Assembly (NCBI GenBank): GCA_964016885.1
Contig: OZ024741.1
Span: 404,240,001 to 404,304,000, forward strand
DNA length: 64,000 nucleotides
Direction of reading: 5' to 3'
DNA from: Eledone cirrhosa
Lineage: Eukaryota
In this document: positions 57,040 through 64,000 of the stretch, in pieces
Layout: each line of letters opens with the position of its first letter
How positions within the stretch are numbered: the first letter of the stretch is position 1
Notes under the pieces: generated by a model
Told to the model about the DNA's origin: nothing
Seen by the model: only the letters and a program-made list of their open reading frames with translations
Database searches by the model: none
Program-made: the position numbers and the translations under genes

Positions 57040-57960
57040 AAACATAACTACCATTTCTTCAACTGTTCGGTCTTCGTACTCAGGATCTCCTTCATTAATT
57101 TGAAGACATTCCTGCACACCATCTTGTATTTCTCAGTTTAATGAGGCGAGCTGAAAGCCATTTGTCTCAAATCCTCCAATATCCACATCACGTTGTGAAT
57201 TGCCAGTATCGGTAGAGAGTCGGATGCCATGCTTTCCAGCATAGTTACATCCCTTTAGAGACTGAGTTCAAATCCCGCTGAGGTTAACTTTGCCTTTCAT
57301 CCTTACAGGGTCGATAAAATAAAGTACCAGTAATGTACTGGGTAATTGCTGGCATTGTGCCAAAAGTAGAAACAATTAATTTGAAGACATTCCTGAACAT
57401 CCTCTTATTGTATTTCTCAGTCTAATGAGGCGAGTTGAAAGCCATTTGTCACAAATCCTCCCACGTCCACATCACATTCAATATTATTCAACAAGCTCCT
57501 CAACGTATTTGCCAGTCTTTTATCTTCCCTCCCTTCTAATCATCTACAAATGCAGTCGTAATGCTGTAGGTTTATTGATTCTTACGTGTCATGCAGCAAA
57601 CACTGTACCACCATTTTTTCTGTGTCTTCTTGTCATATACAAATACTTGCAGGTAACAATTATTGTTTCTCTATAGATTAAACACCTGAAAATGTATTAA
57701 GAAGCAAACGATACCCTTAATTCTTCCAACCATACTAACTCCCTTATATGTGAGTGAGGTCGAGTGTTGTTAAGAAGACATAATACTGGAAGTTCAAAAC
57801 TTCCAGTATTATTGTAAATTATTTGGAAAATCTCAGAATTAAACCACGGCTTCGTTGGATTGGTGTAAATCACAGGTAAATGATACATATTCTTAAGAGA
57901 GTGTGGTTTTTTGGGTGATTTCCCTACGACCATGGGCTTCACATATACTGTAATGTGGTC
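57040..57960 (-). pseudogene. Decayed Tigger/pogo (jerky-like, DDE_1) transposase
   Basis: KPMVVGKSPKKPHSLKNMYHLPVIYTNPTKPWFNSEIF resembles the DDE_1 KPLVIGKSKKPR..LPV.Y..N..AWM..IF block. CLLNNTRPH resembles LLLDNCPAH. Downstream, ECLQINEGDPEYEDRTVEEMV resembles the acidic C-terminus. Stops and frameshifts are present. Confidence 0.75.
57192..57378 (+). mobile_element. SINE family A inserted in the Tigger fossil
   Basis: TTGCCAGTATCGGTAGAGAGTCGG head, GAGTTCAAATCC, core and tail. Flanked by a ~98-bp direct duplication. Confidence 0.92.
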
Positions 57961-57984
57961 GTGTAAAACACACGGCAAAAAACA

Positions 57985-58128
57985 CCCAGGCGCTAGGAAG
58001 GGCACCCAGCCGTAGAAAACCAGCCAGAAAGAGTCATATATGAGCGAGACAAGGTCACCCCACTCAACTTGCTTCTAGATGGGACAAACCTGTCTAACCA
58101 ATGATAGTGTGGAAGATAGACGTTAAAC

Positions 58129-58163
<35 letters not shown>
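57985..58163 (+). mobile_element. 3' portion of a (GAT)n-tailed retroelement (SINE/LINE)
   Basis: GGCGCTAGGAAGGGCACCCAGCCGTAGAAAAC...GGAAGATAGACGTTAAAC(GAT)n. The simple-repeat tail is typical of RTE-type 3' ends; the family assignment is recalled, not searched. Confidence 0.6.
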
Positions 58164-58164
<1 letters not shown>

Positions 58165-58727
58165 ATATAAATATATATATATATACACACAAACACACAA
58201 CCTTACACAGTTTGAATAGTTAAAGAATTAGATAGATAGACAGAAAGAGAGAGGGTGAGCGAAGGAGAGATGTACTAATAGACCCTCCCATGTTTCCCTT
58301 GTCTTACATATGAGATTACTAAATACTACAAAACATTTGTTATCCGAATATTCAAGTTTCAAAATTCTTATTAAATATTTACCTTGAAAAAATATCTCTA
58401 ATACTTCCATTTATTGAATATGTTTCTACCATGACAATAATCTGTTATTATATTACAGTTCCTTGAATACAGCTGTCTATTATGTTATGTACGCTGGCTG
58501 AGTTTTATGAGATCTGGTACATAACAAATACGAATACTGTTGAACAATTAAATTTATATATACATGTGTGTCTGTGTGTGTGTGTGTATATATGTGTGTG
58601 TATGTGTGTGTGTATGTGTGTGTGTATTTGCGCGTGTGTATGAGTGTATATACGTAAGTATGTATATATATATACATATATATATATACAATTGTATATA
58701 TATGTATATATATATATATATATATAT

Positions 58728-59192
58728 AGTGACGAAACATAAGTCAATTGCATGAACTCATAATCCTTTATTTACTGCTATATATATTTCGATGATAGCC
58801 ATTGAATGGCTATGACCGCATCAGACAGTTAGTCAGTTCTTAGATATGCCAGCTCTGTGTTTATGATGTTGATGGTATCAGAGCCTTGGGACATATGAGC
58901 TTGTTAGGGACAATTTAATGTTGTCAGCAGGAATAATTTTAATTCTCATTGGTCAGTTTGTAGATGCTAGTAGGGTTGGTATTTGACCTCAAAGAAGTAA
59001 GCGGTGTTGTAAAGTTCAAACCGTCAGGCAAGATGACAATAGTTCCATATGACAGATTTTCACAAAAAGCATTCCTGGTCAGATATATATTCAATTGAGG
59101 TTTATAGTATGAAATAGATACTACAGGTCATTCTTAAATTGAGGAATTTATGTGGAGTGGTATTAATGAAAATTATGGTTAGAGTAGAATAC
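58728..59192 (-). mobile_element. Family X (copy 2); hammerhead at 58774-58829 carries an A9>C core mutation
   Basis: Reverse complement of 47883-48351. The core reads CUGAUGC. Confidence 0.85.
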
Positions 59193-60076
59193 TAGAAAAT
59201 TTACATATAAAAAGACTTATGTTGGTTGACTTGCACATACACTCACACCCACCCAATAGACACACAGACACATCCACACATACAAATCCATACAGCTGTG
59301 TATATATGTGTATGTACGCACAAGTGCATACATACATACAAGAGAGGCCCCCAAATCCAAGTATAAGGCAGGCATAAAAATATGTGGGTGTTATTTTTAA
59401 AGAAAAGTAAAGTGGGTGTTTGGAAAAGTTATTGTTTAGACTAGACAAAGGTAGAGTGTGATATATATCTTCACAGCAATAGCTTGGGGGCTTGGGGGCT
59501 TTGGAGCTTAGGCGAATCCCTTAGTACAGACATATATACCCACCCACACTTTAATACCTCTGGATGCGTGTGTATGTCTATATACACATGTGCACTCATA
59601 CAAGAGAGCATATACAAATATACTCTTTAGCATACAGTCGAAAATTTTTCAAATGCAACCTGGGGTATGAGTATTTCGTTGCGTTCGCATGAGTGGGTAC
59701 ATTCCCGTAATCCCAGTATACACACACAATGCACGGTTGCGGGCACTCATTCCTGCGTATAGGGTTAGTACTTTGGGATAATTGTTCTTCCTGTGTGGGC
59801 CACTCCCAGGTGGTGGGTGGGTGGGGGTGGGGGTCCTTAGGTTCAATAAACGTGGTTTTGTTGACTCCTAACCAGTAGAGAATCTGGTGGACAATCCACC
59901 GTAGGGACCACAAACTATGGGTGGGTGTTGTTGCCCATTGGTCATTGGTACGGGGTGTAGGGGACCTACAGGGGGAGGGGGCGTTGTGGGAGGCCCTAAC
60001 CTGGGTTTAACCATATAGCTTGAGGAAAGTTCCCGTCATTAGGTGTCTGCAGGCGCCGAATAATCCTGTAGAAGCC

Positions 60077-60143
<67 letters not shown>

Positions 60144-60185
60144 CATGTGAATATATATTATATATATACATATGTATATAATATG

Positions 60186-60217
<32 letters not shown>

Positions 60218-60218
60218 A

Positions 60219-60372
60219 ATGGCTTCTACAGGACTACAACTGTTTCATTCTGGAGGGGCCATCAGGGCTTCCTGATGATGTCGCCCGAATGAAACAGTAT
60301 ATTAGATATTTATATTCTGCTCTCTATTGCCTACCTTACTTACTGTGGTTACCCCCGATTGAACCCGGGATG
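60219..60372. mobile_element. Fold-back element family Q with two back-to-back partial hammerheads
   Basis: GGCTTCTACAGGACTACAACTGTTTCATTC..CATCAGG GCTT CCTGATGA..GAATGAAACAGT, between (TA)n tracts. Confidence 0.75.
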
Positions 60373-60373
60373 A

Positions 60374-60565
<192 letters not shown>

Positions 60566-61128
60566 TTGTTGGGGGAAAATTATGTATTTCTTAACTATTG
60601 CTAATCTCCATCGAAATAGACCAGCTGTACCTCCACGTACAAAACCCAGCGTTAGTTCCACTCATTTTAGCCTGTTTGAAAAGCCTCTCTCAAAACGGCA
60701 CACCACTACTCGTTAATAGCCCACATGATGTCCTCTTGTCTCTCAGGGAACTCAGAAGGAACGATACCTTACGTAGCGAATTTGGCGAATGCTCGAAATG
60801 CCTTTCTTTACCGAGGACCCTTGAATTAGCTACGACTAATACACCAATTGGTCAGTAATACCGACCTGTATCACAAAGAATTTGAAAGTTTTCCTGATAG
60901 CACATAGAACTCTTATATAACTGTTTGTCCTTCTCTGGCATATTCCTGATGTACACTGATAGAGAAATAAAACAATTCATCATAATATTGATTTTGCTCT
61001 GCGCCTAACGACGAATTTAGATCATTCGGTGTTCTGGTTGTATCCGTACTCCCACATCTCTTCTCCAGGTATTGCGGTATTAAGGAACTCAGGATTGTGT
61101 CTCAGGCAAAACGTAAATCTAAGGAGTC

Positions 61129-61450
61129 AATAATTGTTTCTACTTTTGGCACAAGGCCAGTAAATACCCAGTATATTACTGGTACTTTATTTCATCGACC
61201 CCGTAAGGATGAAAGGCAAAGTTAACCTTGACGGGATTTGAACTCAGATCGTAAAGGGACGTAACTATGCTGGAAAGCATGGCGTCCGACGCTCTACCGA
61301 TACTGCCAATCTTCCACCCCAGCATAGCGTCCGACCCTCTACCGATACTGCCAATCCATCACCCCAGCATGGTGTCCGAGCCTCTACCGGTTCTGCCAAT
61401 ACACCACACCAGCATGGCGCTCGACGCTTTTCCGGTTCTGCCAATCCGCC
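61129..61450 (-). mobile_element. SINE family A with its head amplified about four times (45-bp units, 61277-61450)
   Basis: Four tandem copies of AGCATGGCGTCCGACGCTCTACCGATACTGCCAATC(...)ACCCC. Confidence 0.9.
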
Positions 61451-62590
61451 TAATGAAGCCTCTTTTGCTTTCCACGTTTGTTGATTTCTACCTAAACACT
61501 GACGTATTCTACTTCTTGAGAAGATATGAGTTAAATTTTAATTTGTAGAACATTATACATTGTTGAAAATTATATAGACATATTTAAATGTAAATATCTT
61601 AAAACTGATATTTCACATACACACATAGACAGGCCTTTTAATATTAAATATATCCATGGCTAATAAACGGAGAAACTGTTACAGCTTCAGGTAAAATCAT
61701 GTAGAACTATTAAAAAACATCAAAGTCCAGCATTGAATATAATTCCTCTCAGGTTATAAAATACGTATCAGATATGGAATGCCGTCGATTGAATTATCTA
61801 CATTCATCCCTTAACAATGTACAGTCAAAAGGAAGGCAAATACATAAAAGAACAAAGTTATTGGTTTATCATAGAAAGGAGAAAAATTGCAATTCTGTGT
61901 TTTTCTTTCTTTGGCCATACATTTGCTCTACTTGCATTCCAAATGACAGAAAATTTGGTCTATGTGAATATATATATGTATATATATATATGGCAGCTGC
62001 CAACTCGTTTTCGAGTACGGCCACTACTTTATATCCATGTAGGAGAACCCCTACCGATGCGCTGAACAAGTGTGACTTTTTAGTCCAGCCAGCGACTTGA
62101 AAACTCTGGTACAAACACTACACTTGTGACAATTATTGACACATAGTGCTGGGCCCATGGTACTATGTGATGACAAGTGCAGAGAGATATCCAGATATAA
62201 AGCAATGCCTATGCCGTGAAGCTTTTATAGTGAGCAAAGGCACTGCACAAAGCCAGTCCCACTCTCTTAACCAAGATGATATTTACCAAAAAGAAGAACA
62301 AGTCAACATCATTGGATGCCATCAGGGTTGCAGGTGTTATATAAGAGATTTTCTTCTCCTAGAATTCTGCCTTGACAAAAGCTAAGGGGTCATCTCTCCC
62401 GGTGATTTTGGATGGTCATTAACTCTTAAGAGCTCCTTTGCCCTTTAACAGGTTTTGTTTTTAGTCCTGCAGGATGTCCAAAGTCACCCTCCTCACCAAG
62501 AAACCTTGGTGGGGTTGCCAGTTTAGTCGCCAACGACCCGACCATGAGTATATATATATATGTACATACATATATATATGTATGTATATA

Positions 62591-62626
<36 letters not shown>

Positions 62627-62653
62627 CATACATATATATATACACACACACAT

Positions 62654-62789
<136 letters not shown>

Positions 62790-62796
62790 TATAAAA

Positions 62797-63180
62797 TAAC
62801 AGTAGGTTGGACTGGTGTAATTCCTTAAAAGGTTTATTATACTATGATCATTTTTATGATTGGGTTCCGTATGAATCCGGTGACATCATCAGGTATTCGA
62901 AATATAACAAAGGAATATAATAGACAAAATCCATGGGGCTGAAAATCAGAGACATGAGGGCGGCCGAACATTTACCAGCTTCTAGCCCGGTCTGATTTTC
63001 AGAAGGAATTACACCAGTCCAGCTTCCTGTTATGTTATAATAATTAACTCCCTACTGACACCACCAACTACACAAACGAAGACGGGTGAGTTGCATTACG
63101 TCGAGTACTCTCCATAATATTACATTGAGGTTGACCATACGGAATGACCAGTTCTATCCGGTGGTGAACCAACAAACCTA
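62797..63180. mobile_element. Probable fold-back element between (TA)n tracts
   Basis: ~40-bp inverted repeat: ATAACAGTAGGTTGGACTGGTGTAATTCCTT (62796-62826) and AAGGAATTACACCAGTCCAGCTTCCTGTTAT (63003-63033), with a right-hand tail. Confidence 0.6.
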
Positions 63181-64000
63181 AATAAATAAATATATATATA
63201 TATAATAAATATTTGCTCTAGGGTTCTTATATATTTGATATATATTTATCCTTATCGGGCCCTCTTTGGATTTTAGTCTTCACTATTATTATTATTTATA
63301 TATATATATATATTACTGAAAGGGTGAAGAATAACATGGTCAGCTGTATAAAAAGGATTTTATTTACAGTATTAATAATTGTTTCATTGATCAGGTGAGT
63401 CTAAAGGCCGCTTATCTCTCGAAGTTGCGTCATTCGACCTTAAATACAGTGTGTGTCTCTGATGAAACCATTGGAATATATATATATTAGCCCGGTTTAA
63501 ATGATTAGTTATCTAGTTAATTTCTGCGAACTAAGGGGGAGAAAGATTGGATATATTATGTCTGAGTGTTCTTCAAACTTATAATTTTATATAGCTCTGA
63601 TTAATAATTATTTGCTTAATTAATTTTCATAGACACACACCGTTGAAGTTGACCACACCCATATATGTATCTGTGACTATGTCTAAGTATATACACATAT
63701 ATCCTTATGAATATATATATATCGGTTGTGTATGTGTGTGAGTGTGCAGGGCCGGCTAAATTGTATCTGAGTCATAGCCGAGATATGCCAGAGATCTTGA
63801 CAACATGACTTATTAATATATCACGTACAATGCACTTACACACGTATAAATAGGTCAAAGTAGGGTTCGTGAATATATATAGACATATATATATATGCAG
63901 AGGTTATATTTAATTTGTTGTGATTCAACAAGCTTAAAACTTTTTTTTATAACTGATATAAAGCACTCAAAAGATTAGTGGAGTAAATATACAATATATT

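Noticed and set aside
62386-62546. GC-richer segment resembling a LINE 5' UTR that might hold an HDV-like ribozyme
   Set aside because: The nested double pseudoknot could not be built by eye, and the segment is single-copy within the window.
62860-62897. CUGAUGA on - strand within the 62797-63180 fold-back
   Set aside because: It is followed by GGAA rather than GAAA, and stems I and III could not be paired convincingly. At best a decayed ribozyme.
63450-63510. CTGATGA-AACC...GGTT-TAAA hammerhead-like string
   Set aside because: G12 is missing (TAAA) and no stem I partner was found, so there is not enough support.

Overview
AT-rich eukaryotic (animal) DNA, most likely from an octopod cephalopod judging by the SINE families and microsatellite load (inference). 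No intact host gene is recognisable. Bases 1-36.7 kb are four consecutive tandem arrays, all C/A-rich on the + strand: a 32/33-bp satellite with 2.7-3.3 kb higher-order repeats, a 44-bp minisatellite that appears to be an amplified SINE A-box head, a 21-bp array, and a 17-kb 24/33-bp array that reads as a Thr-rich mucin-like frame. Bases 36.7-64 kb are a mosaic of tRNA-derived SINEs, an internally deleted mariner, a Tigger/pogo fossil and (TA)n tracts. The most interesting signal is about ten sequence-distinct families of short fold-back (inverted-repeat) elements beside or between the (TA)n tracts. Each carries a type I hammerhead ribozyme motif (stem I-CUGANGA-stem II-GAAA-stem III-UH-stem I'). 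These include two U3-A8 covariant cores, one ~100-nt stem II and family-specific palindromic stem III sequences, consistent with non-autonomous Penelope-like/retrozyme-like elements. All pairings were read by eye; none has been tested computationally or biochemically.
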